From: Paraspadella gotoi
Lineage: Eukaryota > Animalia > Chaetognatha
Assembly (NCBI GenBank): GCA_051294375.1
Contig: CM119269.1
Location: forward strand, 5,630,050-5,694,049
Direction: 5' to 3'
Length of the DNA stretch: 64,000 nucleotides
Positions 31,650 through 46,929 of the stretch are shown piece after piece. The position numbers and the translations under genes were made by a program. The notes beneath the pieces are model-generated. The model made no database searches. It saw only the letters and a list, made by a program, of their open reading frames with translations, and had not been told where the DNA came from. Every line of letters starts with the position of its first letter. The stretch's first letter is position 1.

Positions 31650-34600
31650 CGATGGGCAGACGGACCGACCAACCAAAAAAAAGACTTATAGGTATAATGT
31701 AAGTTCGTCCACTTAACAAAATAAAATTTATCTAATGAAAAAATGAACGAAGACACGAAATATGCATTAAACTTTGAAGCAAGTTATATAGACGAGAAAC
31801 TCGCTTAAAAAAGAAATTTCAACATTTTTCTAATAGAGAATTCAACGTTACAAATCTGACAATACCCAAATTGCAAACGCGTTATGCCAGAAATTTGGTT
31901 TAATAAACTACTTGTAAAAACGTAAACGATTGCCGCAGAGGGCGTTACATCCTGACAGAGCTTTGTCTTTCGTTCTGATGTTGCTATTTGACTAAGCGAT
32001 TTAATACCAAACAGAGCCAAGGGGAAATGCAACTACTCATCTCCGGAGAATTTCAACGCTACATTTTTACTATAGTTGAAATATATTGAAAAAGGGAAAG
32101 TTGAGTCAAAGAGCATAATAGAATTTGTCAAACGGGATTGCGCTATATAGCTCCCTCGTTACATGAGCGACTTTTGCTTCGTAATTTCGGAGTCGATTCC
32201 TGATAACGCTTTTGTGCTGAAGAGCTTGTCCTATCGTATCTTTTTGCATTTTATAATTGATTTTGACATAAATGATCAGGTTTAAATGAAATAGTTTTCT
32301 CGCAGGTTTTAAATCCTGAAGATATTTTTATTTATTTTGGAAAAAATAGAAATATGAAAATAAGTGAGATATGGATTTTGTATGTATGCAATAATAAACC
32401 ATTTCTGAGATTTTTTTTTTGTCCCACTCTAATATCTTCCTTCCCTTGAAAGGAGATAAAGATATACGAAGGAGCATGTAATAGCTACCGCTTGACAAAA
32501 TGAAGCCATAGAACCGTCCCATCATAGCTGCGCACGATCAAACTCCGTCAACGGTCGTCGAGAAATTTTCTCGAAAATATATTTCGGACAAGCACACAAT
32601 TAGATCGTAGCGCTCGAAGAAACGATGCACACGAGGAGACAGGTGTGGTGTCATCGTAAAACGCTAAAGAAGAGAAAGAAGATATACAAGATAATAAGTA
32701 AAGGCCAAGTGAGTGGGTTAAATACTTGATCCCCCATATAATATAATGTTGCTCATGGATCTATCATGTCATAGCTAAGAAAAAGAATGAGATGATAAGT
32801 AAGATAAATGGTGAGTATTGGGTCTTATTAATGATTCGAAATTAGAATAAATAGTAGGCCAAATTGTAGTCTTAGAGCAATAGCAAGAATGAAAAAGAAG
32901 TTAATTAGGATCTTTTAAGGAGTTTCTCTCTAATTGGAGGTATGGTATGGAGTGAAATGTGTATTCTTCTGTACAGCTTAATAGAATTTTTGCTTGTGTT
33001 GCCCTGATTTTCAACCAAGCAGCTGAGCAAATAGAAATGTTCACATTAGAGATATAGGGAAACAAAGAAATATTTAATGGTCCAACCCAAGGTGATGTTT
33101 ATGGTCTGGATCAATTTGGTCTTATTACCTCCATCACAGGGCCTAAGTTTTTAATCTTTCATCATCCAGCAAATAAGCTAAAGCATTATTTTATCGCTAG
33201 ACGAACAGGGGATGATGTTTTTTACTGAAATCGAGCCGAAGAGAGATTGAAAATTCAACCCTTCCTTCATACACTTCTGTCATTTTTTCACAAAGTAATA
33301 AAATGAGGGGTCGAAATTTTTGAATATATTTGTAACGCTCTACAGGTGAAAAGTAGGACTTCACATAAATAAGAGACATTATACTACTTTAATCATAATA
33401 CCCGGCAATGTTAATGTAATTTATGTAAAATATTGTAAATTTATTACATATAATTACCAGATCTCGATAAACCACTATTAGTGAGTTACATAGGAAAGGC
33501 TTGTGGACTTCCCATTCGCTCAGTCTTAAGAAAAAAAAATTAACTAGACAAGTCAGGAAACTATATTATATGTAAGTCTGGACGCAATTTGATGAAAATA
33601 TGAGGGAAAGGAATGATACAGGTGCCACCAGCTGCATCAGCGAAAACTTAAAAGCAGAAAAAATCGCAGAATTGCTCTGAACAAAGTAAATAGGGTTGGA
33701 ATTTGAGGGTGGGTTCATTCTCAGTAAAGATTTTTAACCAAAGATGGTGAGGGTCCCAGAATTAAAGCGAAACTTGAGAGATTGATTTACAATCATTTCC
33801 TGGTTGAGGTCATTCCACATCTATTCAATCCACTAAAATAAGATAAAAAAAGGAAACAAAAAAGGGTTACTAAGTGCTTTTCAATTTTGTCACTGAAATT
33901 ATATGTGTGGCAGGCTTGCCTAACGTATAATTGGTTACATGAATCATGTTTAAAACCTTCATTCCTCCTCATTAAGGGAATCTTATTTTGAATATATATT
34001 TAAAAATTTAATTTATATAAAAATTGGTCACAAGAAATCAAGAATTCCCTGTATGAGTAGGAATAAAGGTTTTAACATGCTATCAATAGAAGGATACCTC
34101 AAAATTTAATAACGTGTATACAAGCAATGTTTAGTGAAGTTAGAGATCATTAAGAAGGAAGCATCTGTTATAAGATGTCACAAAGTAAAGAAATAAAATT
34201 AATCGAATGTACGAATTTATTACTAAAAAAATTTAGCGGAACGCATGGGATTTTCGATAAATAAAGGATGGAGGTACGATTACGATCATATTAATGAAAT
34301 TTCAGAAAGAGATCTGCTCCCAGTCCAGTGATAAAAACGAAAAACCAGCCGGTTTGAATGGAATCCGCTTGATGAGACTCATATGAAAATAAAAGAAAAA
34401 ATGAAAGAAGTAAAAAAGAGATAGTATTGACGACAGCCGTGTAGTAGTAGGCAACGAACTGAACTTTGACCAACTAGTCATACTATTCAAGCCCAGTGGT
34501 GGGCGAACATTAGAGTCTCTCGATCCTTGTCGATAACGAGAGCCGAGTTGCCCACCTCTCGAGACTTGATTTGCGCCACTGCACTTGGACTTACATTGAA

Positions 34601-37600
34601 CTCTGTTTTGATTACTCTAATCCTATTTTGCGCATGATCGTATAATATACAGAACAGCAGATAAAAGATGTTGAGTAGAGGAGAAATTAAAAAGACCAGG
34701 GTATAATTAAATCATATGATAATATAAGAAGATAGGAAAATAATCATTCTTGAAAGTGGAACATTTGCGTGAAAGCAAAGTTATGTACAGAGATTACGAA
34801 GTGACGACCAGGTTAATTTTGTTATTATCTAGAAATTTTGAGGTTGAAATCATTCTATCATCTATATGATCCGAGTATATTTAAGATCAGAATGAAAAGG
34901 TACTATGTACTTCTGGATTAAAGAGAGCGTCATTCCGCTATTTTTTGCAATAACGGGAACGTAATCTGATGTGATACGGAGGATCCACATCGGGCACACC
35001 TCCTTTGGCGCATTCGTTACTCATCTCTCTCTTCTCGTCTGAACCGCCTTGACTCGTAAGACCTCAAGACTCTGGACTTAAAGAATAAAGTTAAAAAGAT
35101 AAATTTTTTTTCACTTCCTATCCTAGTTGTCTATCATCCAAAGCGCTTCCGTCATCCGGATCTCTCGGTGCAGTCTGATCTCTCCTCGCTGCATCTGTAC
35201 TCTCTGCAAACTCTTATCTATCTCACTCGTCACTAGAGCTTCCATCATACACACTCGGGAGGAACAAGGAGGAGTATAGCTTAACAGAGACGTAGTCTTA
35301 ACAGACACCATGGATATACCAACAAACTCTTGATAAAAATGAAAACCCGCGGCAATTGCGACTCAAGAGAACACCCTTTTACTCACACTTGTAACAATCG
35401 CGTCTGCGTGTGCCGGTATCTGTATGTAGATCGTTGTACTCGCTGTGCATCACAAGGTGGCGACGGTCTCCGGGACATTTCTCTCGCTCTCTCTACATTT
35501 CTCTCGCTGAGTCTCTACTTATCTCGTTCTCGTATCTCATTCTCTCTCTCTCTACCTCTCGTCCTCGTCTCTCTTTATCTCTCTTCTGCTCTCGCTCCTC
35601 TATCTTCTCTCTCTCTCTCCTTGTGTGCTTCTTAGTGGCAAAGAAAAAAAAAAAACGCAACTAATTATGGCTCATCTCTCTTTTTTCTTTCTCTCAGATT
35701 TTGTTTCAAATTCGGTTTCGCCTTGGTAAAAACGAGAGAAACCTTGCGAAACCCGCCGACAGCAGACAGACCGACAGACCCGACACGCCCACGGCGCTAA
35801 CATGACATTGCACGCTAACGCCCAGCACAGTCGACGAGGTTGATGAGAACAAAATAACACAACGACACGCAACAACGACACGATACCGACGACAACAAAA
35901 CATCGAGTCCGACCTACAAATAACGCCAATCGGAAGCGACGTAATCTTCTTTTCTTTTCTTTCTTCTTTTTCCTTTTCTTTTCTTTTCTTTCTTTGTCCC
36001 TGCCCCCTTTTGGCCCTTGTTTCTTTGGTCTTTTTTCGTCCTTTTTTTTTTTTTTCCGCTGCGAATCTAATGAACGCCGTTTTTAATATTAAAAAAGTTT
36101 TTTGTTTCTAATTTTTAATGAGAAGAAAGTTATGACGCTAGCAAATTTATAAAAAAATTAATTAACCGAACTTAAAAATTCATGACGTATGTTGAACTCC
36201 GGCGGAAAAAGGATGAATTAAAATACTTTGATTTAGGGTCGGTCGGAATGAAGAGTCGTAACTGAGCTTTCCCGGTGGCCAAAAGCACCCATAAGCCCCG
36301 GGATTTGATTTTGGCGGTTTTGTGCCATTGCTGTGTCTGAGGAGAGCAAAGTTTGCAGCTGTGTCATCGTCCTCCGACAATAGGACCCTTCGTTTGACTC
36401 AAAAACGTTTTTAAGTGCAATGACTCGACCCATATTGCCATGCTGGTTACACTCAGAAAATCATATATTTATTACGTGTTCTACTATTACATATTATCTC
36501 TATATTTTATACATTATAACAGTGAGCATTAATTATGCTAGAGGATAAACGATTAAAACTTTATAACCAGCTTCTTAACTTAAACACGCGGTTGCTTCGG
36601 GGCATCGATACACACCAGGTTAGACCTTTACATAGTGTCATTGTAAGTTGTTAGGAAATCAAAAACTAAAAAATATAAAATGTCAAACAGAAACAGGGAG
36701 CGCCTCCCACTTTTTGCCGGCAGCTAATCCATTGTGGGCCACTACAATCCCATCGACAAGGAAGCCGATTCTATTCTCAAAAATTTTCTCGATGAAAAAC
36801 TAAAAAAAATGATTTCTATTTTAAAGTTGAAGAGAAAATGCCGGGGAAAAATATTGGTCGACGACCGGCGACCTCCAATTAAGCGATTGAATTTAAAATT
36901 TAGTTGAGCAATATATGGAAAAATTATTTTTATAAACTTTAAAAGAAAGAGTGAAGGATTTTTTTTTCTATCAAAAACCACTTTTATTTCCTAAAAGTTT
37001 TTGGTCTCAATTTTGATAAAAACACTTCTTATTCTTAGGCATCGCGTTGAAAAAATATTATATTACAAAATTCGATTTAGAAATCTAATTTAAATTGAAA
37101 AAAACCCCAACCCCCAATTCTAATACAAATTTTTTTCTCGCCAACATGTCTATACAATAAATTCACGTGAAACACGCACGGCAACATGTAAATCGGCGGC
37201 CTTGCACGCTTTTTTAGTTTTCATCCAAATAACCTCGTTTTCATTTTCTTCACCTCACATTTTTCCGCGCGGTCCCTACTGGACGCGTCGGCCTTCATCA
37301 TTTAACTGAGTGATGGTAAAGGAGAGGACTCCCACTCAAATTAATTATCACAAACGGAAATCGTTCTTGGAATCAAACACATGAATAAACGAGCGAAATC
37401 TCGCGATGAGCGACGAAGCGAACGAAACTCGGGAAATAAAAACAAAAAAATAAACAAAACCGTTTTCGTGAAAGGATGTCACGATATATCCTCTTTTCAA
37501 GTTAATTATTGCTGTAATGATATTTAAAATAAATAACGAGTATGATGGTTTTATTAGTAAATTATTTAATAAGGTATTTTATTCTTCTAAGGAATACGAA

Positions 37601-39367
37601 TACGAATTTACTTACTCCTCTTGGCCTGAAACCCCTGGAAATGATTAATGGCCTAGAAGAATCCATCTTGGCTCGACGTTTTTCCGAAAAAAAGAGAGAA
37701 AAAAAAGAAAAACAAAGAAAAATAATGAAGAAAAAAGAACGGTAATTCAAATGCTGTTGCGGGCGAAAAGTCTTCCTTATTACGTGTAATTTTCTCGTGA
37801 CATGACGTGACATGATATGACGTGACATAACCATGATTACATAAACTTTTGAGCCCGTGTATTTATGTATGTTTTATTCTATTTTAGTTTTACAGATGTT
37901 CCTGAAGGTGGCGCTTTGCAGTCACCTTCAGATTCGTGGTTTTTTTTTCTGTCTACCAAAAGAGCACCAACTATAAAAAAATTATATGCATTTTTAACAA
38001 AAACGTGGGACAGAAGACCGAACCGACGGACAGACCGAAAGTGACTTACTTAGAGTTGCTTGCAGCGAAAGTACTTGGCCGGCGCAAACTAAAGAGAAGA
38101 AGAAGCGGAATCGAAAAAGTAATGAAGAAAGAAAAGAAAAATGATTCATCGAAACCAATATGAAGAAGGAATTTCGATAAGGAATTGAAAATGACTTAGC
38201 CCTGGCGGGTTTTTGAAGATTCATTTTTGGGAATTTAACAATGATAAATACTGAGAGAAAAAATACTTTGCATCTCCTGTAACCATGAGGTTTTTGCGAG
38301 GAAAGCCTAGTTTTTTGTGCTACAATAAAGAAAAATATTTCTTGTTCTGACTATTGCAGATATTTTTTCTTATTTGAACTCGAGATCTAATTTTTTCTAA
38401 TTTTTAGTATTTTCATCAGTTATTGAATTTTAAGGATCGCCTCTCTTTTTGTTTCGATTCCATATGTTTTTTTCGGCCCAAAAGAATAAAAATTCAGTTC
38501 AAACACTGCTAATCCTAACTTAGGCGATTTTTTTGTTGCTGTCGATTCTTTAGAATTGAGTGTCTAAAGATCGAGGCGGCCTCCTTGTTTTTAAAAAAAA
38601 GAGTTAATAAATCAGATTAACTGTTTAGAGTTTAAACAGAATTGGAGGCGATTACCAAATTTTCCTTTTTGAGCAATGGTAACTTTTTTCTCTTTATTTT
38701 GAATACAATACAAACTAAAATCAAAAACTAAAAATACAAAATTTTAAAAAATTACAACAATTCCAATGTGTAAACAGTAACTTTCATTCACGTCGTTATT
38801 TCTGGGTGATCAATGAAATCACTGATCACGTGACTACCAATGAGCGTTGATCTGCACTGCATCAGAATTCCGTCTTTTATTCTTTGTATTCTATGATTTG
38901 GGTCATGTGATCGCTTTTTTAGGTGATCAGGCACTGCACAAATATAATAACATGGGTACAGTAAACCTCTTATGGTACCTTCATACGAAATATTGAACTT
39001 AATTAATGACGTTTTACCCTAGTTGTAAGCATTTAAACATAAATGGGACAGACCAACGCACCAGACAAAGTTACTTTGACCGACCGACCTCAAGAGTTTG
39101 CTCCGCGAGTCCTGCGTAACCTGTCAATTAACTGGTGTTTATGACCCAGCTAATTTAATTAATCTTTTTTTATTTTTAATTTATTTCAATTTATCGTAGT
39201 GAAATTATCTTTTTATTGACGTCGTTTGATTTATGTGTCAACGGAAAAAAAATATTGTTTTCCATAAAACAATGAAAAACGAATATGACAGAACGAAACA
39301 CTGCGATATTACCTTTCGACGTCGGCGAGCTTAATTGGGCCGGTGACACCCACGCGAGAGAGAGAGA

Positions 39368-39415
<48 letters not shown>

Positions 39416-39428
39416 GAGAGAGAGAGAG

Positions 39429-39487
<59 letters not shown>

Positions 39488-39818
39488 AAAGGTAATATAT
39501 CTCGAAGTCTCTTTTCCTATTTTTCTCTTTAAGAAGTTTTGTTTTGTTTCTGTCCAGATGGTCAGATGGTCACTGGTCCTTTTATTTCACTGGTTTCTAG
39601 AACTCAAAAAATTACGAAATGGTCATTCTTATAAAGACCAGAGCAGATAATCGTTTGTCCGTCCGAAAACCAATTTCTACGGGTTTTTAGAAGTATTATT
39701 GTACTAAATAATCTGCCAATAAAGTATAAAGAATTTGCGTCATAAACGCTTGTCGTTTTTCTTGGACGGGAGACACATTGGACTTCACGAGTTTTACTGG
39801 CGTGGAGAGAGGGAGAGG

Positions 39819-39891
<73 letters not shown>

Positions 39892-41074
39892 AGGGAGAGG
39901 AGAGAGAGAATGGAAACGGAATCGCTGTATTTCGCAATTTGCACCCGTCAACGAACAAGGTTGGCCACCCGCGCCATTGCCTATAACGGTCTTGATTCTC
40001 TCGCGTTTGCCTCAGCCGCCCGGCGCCGCCGCCATCCCTGCCGCCGCGACACCGAGCCGCCCTAACGACCGCGCAATTTCTTTCGAATTTTTTCTGTCTT
40101 CGATTCTGTATTTGATTTCAAATTGAAAAGTCGCACCTTGGCACCTCCCACCCGCTATTTTCAAAAGGTAGAAAGATTATTTCACCAATTGTCCATTCTC
40201 GTAACTTTTTACTCACAACTTTTTTTTCTCGGGAGATCTATTCAGGTCTCTAAACGAGGCCGACGGTCCAAATTGTGAAAGATTTCCGAAGTTTGAATCT
40301 CGGAACAGCTTTTCAGAACCGACCTGAAAAGCAAAACCTTCAAAAAAACTTGATGTTGACTCCGGAGGGACATTCACAGTCGACCTGGGCGAAATGACCC
40401 CGATACGTTTAACTTTCCTTTTACTTTTTTCTTTTTCCTTTTTTTAAATTTTTCTCACCCCTTTTTTCTTTTTTTTCTTTTTTAGTAAAAAGGATAAAAG
40501 GGTCAAAAAATAACAAACAACAACAAGAAACGAAAATTGTAAGGTATAAATAAATGTATATTATATAATTAAAAAAAAAAAATATAATAAATAATAAGTT
40601 TGGACAAGATAGCTTATTTATTATTATAATCTATTTTATTGGTTGTACCCAATTTCATAAAAAAAAATATAGTTTATAAAATTCATCCTATTTTTTTCCT
40701 TTCGTCTTCAATTTATTCCTCTTGTATCTCTGACCTTTTTTGGTTATTCCCAATCTGAATTACCATATCACATTATCAGCCTTCTTTTTTTTTTGGTTAT
40801 TCCCAATCCGACAGACCATATCAGCCTTTCTGAGGGAAAGGCAGGATTTAAGACTCGGGCCGTCCTTTATTCTCTCTTCATTCTTAAGTCGGCTATGAAT
40901 CGCTTATATGCCTTTGTACTTAATAATATTCAACTTTTTACAGTTTAAAATCATTTTAATCATTTTTAATTTCTAATCTATTTATTTTTATCATTTGTTG
41001 TTGTTGTTGTCGTTGTTAAAAATGTCAAAACGCCACATCTGCATCCAAACGTATTTATATATATATATTATATA

Positions 41075-41120
<46 letters not shown>

Positions 41121-42522
41121 TCTCCTCTTCTCTCTCTCTCTCTCTCTCTCTCATTTATTCATTTCCGTAAAAGCATTCAGCGTGACGGCAGTGGCGCCAA
41201 TCTCGTCGGCTTCCGGCGGCGGCTGCGGCGGCGGCGTCGGCAGTGACGACGAAAGAGTCATAGAATAAATAACACAACAATCTCGACGACGATTTCGAAA
41301 GAAAAAGACCGGAAAAAAAAAGTATGAATTCGCAGGGGTCGAAAGGTGACAGATTTATTATTGGGTCGGACCAAGGAATTCCGGAAACGCCAATGATTAA
41401 TAATTTAATAATGAATGAGTGCGAAAGAAAGAAAAAAATGATAAGGATTTAAAAATAAAAAAATTGAACCGACAACGACGTTTAAGTTTTGAGACAACAA
41501 TTAAAACTAAATAAAAAACGACAAACGTTCACTTCTCAAAAATTTTTGCCACAATTGACAATTTTGAAACAAAAAGCGTCATGATGATTGATTGATGTAT
41601 AATTCGGTTTTAAAGGACGTACTATCATTTATCAATTATTAATAAAAGACTGAATCAAACGATAGCTTGATTGTTAATTTAAATTTATTAAATTTGTTAA
41701 ATTTAAAAAAAATGTGCAAATTTTCTGCTATAGAAATGTCATCGAGATAGTGACTAAGGCTAAATTAATAAGATTTTACATACTGTACGTACAAAATCAA
41801 CGCATCTCATTGAATTTAAAAAAAAAAATGTGTTATCATTCTAGAAATAAAAATATTGTTAATTTTCAGAAATAAAAAAAAGAACTACGGACTCCGATCG
41901 GGATTGAGTGACCTCTATCGGAGAAAGCTACGCAGGAGGGAACGCTTCCGCTAGAGGCGCTCTGTGGCGCGCCGATGACGTCGACGGCGCGCCGATGCGA
42001 CGACGACGAAGAAGAGGCGACGACCGACGAACATTAGGTAAACTGAAGGGAAAGGGAAAATAAAAAAAAGGGAAGTGAGAAAATGCAAAAAAAAAAAACC
42101 GATTTGAAAAAGATAAAAAGTTGGCCGAATATCGTTTGTCGTATTTCATTCAAATATAAAATCTAAAAATAAAAAAAAATATTATTTCAAATCTAAAAAG
42201 ATGTACAGAGAACAACGAGTACCTTAAGATTTAGTCAATAAAACGTTAAGATCATTGGACCCCCCTCAGCAGTATACTGGCAATAATAAGATAAAAAAAG
42301 TGAGATCCCGCTGTCCTGACTGCTCAGCCGGTATTAAAACCAAATGCTTTTGGTAATTTCGTCTATGACTACGGCGTTGGACGGCCCACGGCCACGCCCA
42401 CGGCGGATTTGTGAAAATTTATACTGTTTAAATTAAACAACATTAGTTTCTAGGTAACCCGCCTCAATAAAGAAAAATAGATATCACAGTATTACGAACT
42501 TAATTCAAAGAGACGCATCAGT
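31650..42522 (+). repeat. Copy A of the ~11-kb repeated locus
   Basis: Shares ordered markers with the other copies, e.g. GGGCAGACGGACCGACCAACC (~31654/~42549), GTGACATGACGTGACATGATATG (~37797/~45746), GCGTGACGGCAGTGGCGCC (~41180/~54008/~60772). Confidence 0.9.
33740..34005 (-). mobile_element. Possible degraded non-LTR retrotransposon (LINE) 3' fragment
   Basis: Minus strand gives broken peptides FKYIQNKIP... and MWNDLNQE, resembling the WNxL motif at the end of L2/CR1-type ORF2; many indels. Confidence 0.3.
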
Positions 42523-45500
42523 NNNNNNNNNNNNNNNNNNNNNNNNNTGGGCAGACGGACCGACCAACCAAAAAAAAGACTTATAGAGTTGCTACTAAAA
42601 AGAAATCTAAGAAAAAAATGACGAAGACACGAAATATGAATTAATATATACAAAATAAAATTCCCTTATGAGAGGAATGAAGGTTTTAACATGTAACCAA
42701 TTATAACTTGTTCAAAGTGAAGTAGAAAGACAGCTCGTTAAATGTATGAAAGGATAAATTAATTGAATGTACGAATTTATTAATAAAGCGGCATGGGATG
42801 TCGAAAGCAGAGGAATCTTCCTCTCCGTATCAGAAAACCGGTTTGAATGGAACCCGAGACTCAAATGAAAATAAAAGAAAATGAAAGAAAGAAAAAAAAT
42901 GATGACCCGTTGTTGGCAACAATGAACTCCTCTGTCATAATCGCGGCGACCAGGTTCTCGATCCTTCGTCGCCGCGCCCCCTCTCCCCCCCCTCCCCCCT
43001 TTTTTGATTCCATCTTCCACCTAAAACGACGGAGAAAGAGAGAGAGAGAGAGAGAAAAAAAAATAGGAAAACAAAAAAAAAGAAAGAAATATTTCGAAAA
43101 GTGGGATGGGGAAACAAAGTAAGGCGTTAGAGTCGAAACCGGTAACCGTATTACTGTTGAGTCATCTTTCCGATTAAGTCAGAGTTTAAGGTACAGTACT
43201 CGGAATTAAGGACGCACGAGGCGAATCGGTGTCGGGGACCATCGGGCACCCTCTTTGGCGCATTCGTTCACTCTCTCTCTCTCATCTCGTCGTCTCTCTC
43301 ATCTGGTCTTGCTCTGGTCTCCTCTCTAGTCTCTCTCGTCTCTTCGTCTCTCAGACTCTCTCTCGTCTCGTCAAATCATATATCTATCTCTCTCTAAGAT
43401 CCAATTCAGAAACGAGGGATTAAAAAAGGGTAAGTATAAAGGTGGCTTACGACAGTGGATTAAAGGAACAATAATCTTTGAAAAATATGAAAAAACCCTC
43501 GCGTGCAAATTGACTAAGTAACCTTTTTACTTAGCATTTCTTACAACTCGTTCTGCTTGTTCTTCTCTTCTTGTTTTTTTCTCTCGTTATCTCATTCTCT
43601 CGTCGATCTCTCTCTACTCTCGTCTTGTCCTCTGTCCGTCTATGTATCTCTCTTCTGCTCTCGTCTCTATCTTCTCTCTCCGGTCTCTTTCTCTTTCGTG
43701 TGCTTCTTAGTGGCAAAGAAAAAATAAAAAATAACCAATCTATATTATGCATGCAATCTGCTGCTTTTCCCTTTCTCTGATTTTTGTGTTCAAAATTAGT
43801 TTCGGCCTTGAAAAACGAGAGAACCTTGCGACGACGACATCCCCGCCGACCGACAGACAGACCGACAGACCGACAGACCGACAGACCGACAGACCGACAC
43901 GCCCACGGCGCTAATGACAATTGCACCTAACGCCCGACAGTGACGAGGTTGATGAGAACAAATAACGACAACGACAACGACAACAACGATACCGACGACA
44001 AAAACATCGAGTCCGACCACAATAACCCAATCGGAACTGACGTAATCTTCTTTTCTTTTCTTTTCTTTTCTTTTCTTTTCTTTTCTTTTCTTTTCTTTTC
44101 TTTTCTTTTTCGTCGTTTTTTTTCCGCTGCGAATCTAATGACGCGTTTTCAATATTAAAAAAAGTTTTTTGTTTCTAATTTTTAATGAGAAAAGTTATGA
44201 CGCTAGCAATTTATAAAATTATTTCTCCGACTTAAAAATTCATGACGTATTTGAAACTCGGCGGGAAAAAGGATGAATTAAAAATACTTTGAAGGCGGTC
44301 GAGAATGAAGAGGTCGTAATGAGCTCGGTGCAAAGCTGCGTTGATTGCGTTTTGTGCCATTGGTTTCTGCCAATTTGGTGTGTCATCGTCCTCCAATGAC
44401 TCCTTCGCTTTGATCAAACGTTTTTAGTGCAATGAGTTCGACCCATTGCCATGCGGTACCACTCATAAAAATTATATTATTACGTGTTCTACTATTACAA
44501 TATTATTACTATATTTTATAATTATAAACAGTGAGATTAAAATTTATTACCAGTTTTACTAAACACGCGTTGCCTTCGGGAGCATCGATACAACACAAGG
44601 TTAGACCTTATACATAGTTCTTGTTAGTTGTTAGGAAATCAAAAACTAAAAATATAAAATGTCAAACAGTAAGGGAGCGCCTCCACTTTTTGCCGGCAGC
44701 ATAATCCATTGTGACGTACAATCCCATCGACAGGAAGCGATTTATTCTTCAAAAAATTTTATCGATGAAAACTAAAAAAAATTATTTCTATTTTTAAGTT
44801 GACGAGAAAATGGCGGGAAAAAAAATATTTGTCGACGACCGGCGACCTCCAATTAGCGATTGAATTTAAAATTTAGTCGAGCAATATATGGAAAAAAATT
44901 ATTTTATAAACTTTAAGAAAAAGAGTGAAGGATTTTTTTTTTCTATCAAAAACAACTTTATTTCTAAAGTTTTTGGTCTTAATTTTGATAAAAAAAAAAC
45001 TTTTATTCTTAGGCATCGCGGTGAAAAAAAATATTATTATTACAAAATTCGATTTAAAGAATCTAATAATTTTGAAAAAAAAAATCCCAAATTCTAATAC
45101 GAAATTTTCCGCCAACATGTCTATACATAATTCACATCTGAAAGACGCACGCAACTGTAAATCGGCGGGCCTTCGCGCTTTTTTAGTTTTTCCAATAACC
45201 TCGTTTTCATTTTCTTCACCTCACATTTTTCCGCGGCGGTCCTCACGGACGCGTCGGCCCTTCATATTTAAACTGAGTGATGGAAAGGAGAGACTCACTC
45301 ATTAAATATTCACAAACGTGAATCGTTTTCTTGGAATCACAATGAAAAACGAGCGAATCTCGCGGATGAGCGACGAAGCGAACGAAACTCGGGAAATAAA
45401 AACAAAAAAATAAACAAAACCGTTTTCGTGAAAGGATGTCACGATATATCCTCTTTTCAGTTAATTATGCTGTATGATATTTAAAATAAATAAACGAGTA

Positions 45501-45944
45501 TTGATTGGTTTATTAGTAAATTATTTAATAAGGTATTTTATTCTTCTAAGAATACGAATACGAATTTACTTACCTTTGGCCTTAAACCCCTGGAAATGAT
45601 TAATGCTAGAAGAATCCATCTTGCTCGACGTTTTTCCGAAAAAAAGAGAAAAAAAAAAGAAAAAAAAAAGAAAAATAATGAAGAAAACAAGAACGGTAAT
45701 TCAAATGTGTTGCGCCGCAAGTCTTCCTTATTACCAGTATTTCTCGTGACATGACGTGACATGATATGACGTGACATACCATGATTACAATAACTTTCTG
45801 AGCCCGTGTATTTATGTATTTTTATTCTATTTTAGTTTTAAGATTTCCTGAAGGTGGCGCTTGCAGTCCCTTAGATTTGAGTTTTTTTTCTGTCTAAACA
45901 AAAGAGCAACCAACTATAAAAAAATTATATGCATTTTTAACAAA

Positions 45945-46025
45945 CGTGGGACAGACAGACCGACCGACGGACTGACCGAAAAGTGACTTATAGAGTTGCT
46001 CAGCGAGTACTTGCGGCGCAACTAA
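45945..46025 (+). mobile_element. DINE-1/HINE-like (non-autonomous Helentron-type) element end
   Basis: (GACA/GACC)n microsatellite, then GTGACTTATAGAGTTGC...GCAACTAAA stem-loop terminus; relatives near 38005-38092, 42548-42600, 31654 and 50480-50560 (inverted). Family assignment is by resemblance only. Confidence 0.45.
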
Positions 46026-46929
46026 AGAGAAGAAGAAGCGGAATCGAAAAGTAATGAAGAAAAAAAAGAAAAATGATTCATCGACCAATAATGAGAAGGA
46101 ATTTCGATAAAGAATGAAAATGACTTAGCCTAGCGGGTTTTTGAGATTCATTTTTGGGAATTAACAATGATAAATACCTTGAGAGAAAATACATTTGCAT
46201 CTCCTGTAACCAGAGGTTTTGCGAGGAAAGCCTAGTTTTTGTGCTACAATAAAAAGAAATATTTCTTTCTGTACTATTGCAATATTTTTCTTATTTGAAA
46301 GATTATTTTTCAATTTTTAGTTAGACATACCCTTACACTATCTATATTTAAAAAAAAAAAATTATTTTTAGTATTTTCCATACAGTTATTGTTTTAAGAT
46401 GCCTTCTTTTTTGTTTCGAATTCCATATGTTTTTCGGCCCAAAAGAAATAAAAATTTCGTCGAACACTGCTAATCCCTAACTTAGGCGATTTTTTTGTTG
46501 CTTCGATTTCTTAGAATTGAGTGTCTAAGATCGAGGTGGCCTACCTTGTTTAAAAAAAAAGAATTAATAAACAGATTAACTGTTTAGAGTTTAAACAGAT
46601 TGGAGCGATCACAATTTTCCTTATTTGAGCAATGGTATTTTTTCTTTTATTTTGAATAACAATACAAACTAAAATCAAAACTAAAAATACAAAATTTAAA
46701 AATTACACAATTCCAATGTGTAACAGTAACTTTCATTCACGTGTATTTCTGGGTGATCAGTGATCACTGATCACGTGACTACCAATGAGCGTTTGATCTG
46801 CACTGCATCAGAATTCCGTCTTTTATTCTTTGTATTCTATGATTTTGGGTCATGTGATCGCTTTTTTAGGTGATCACGCCACTGCACAAATATAATACAT
46901 GTGTACAGTAAAGCTCTTATGGTACCTTC

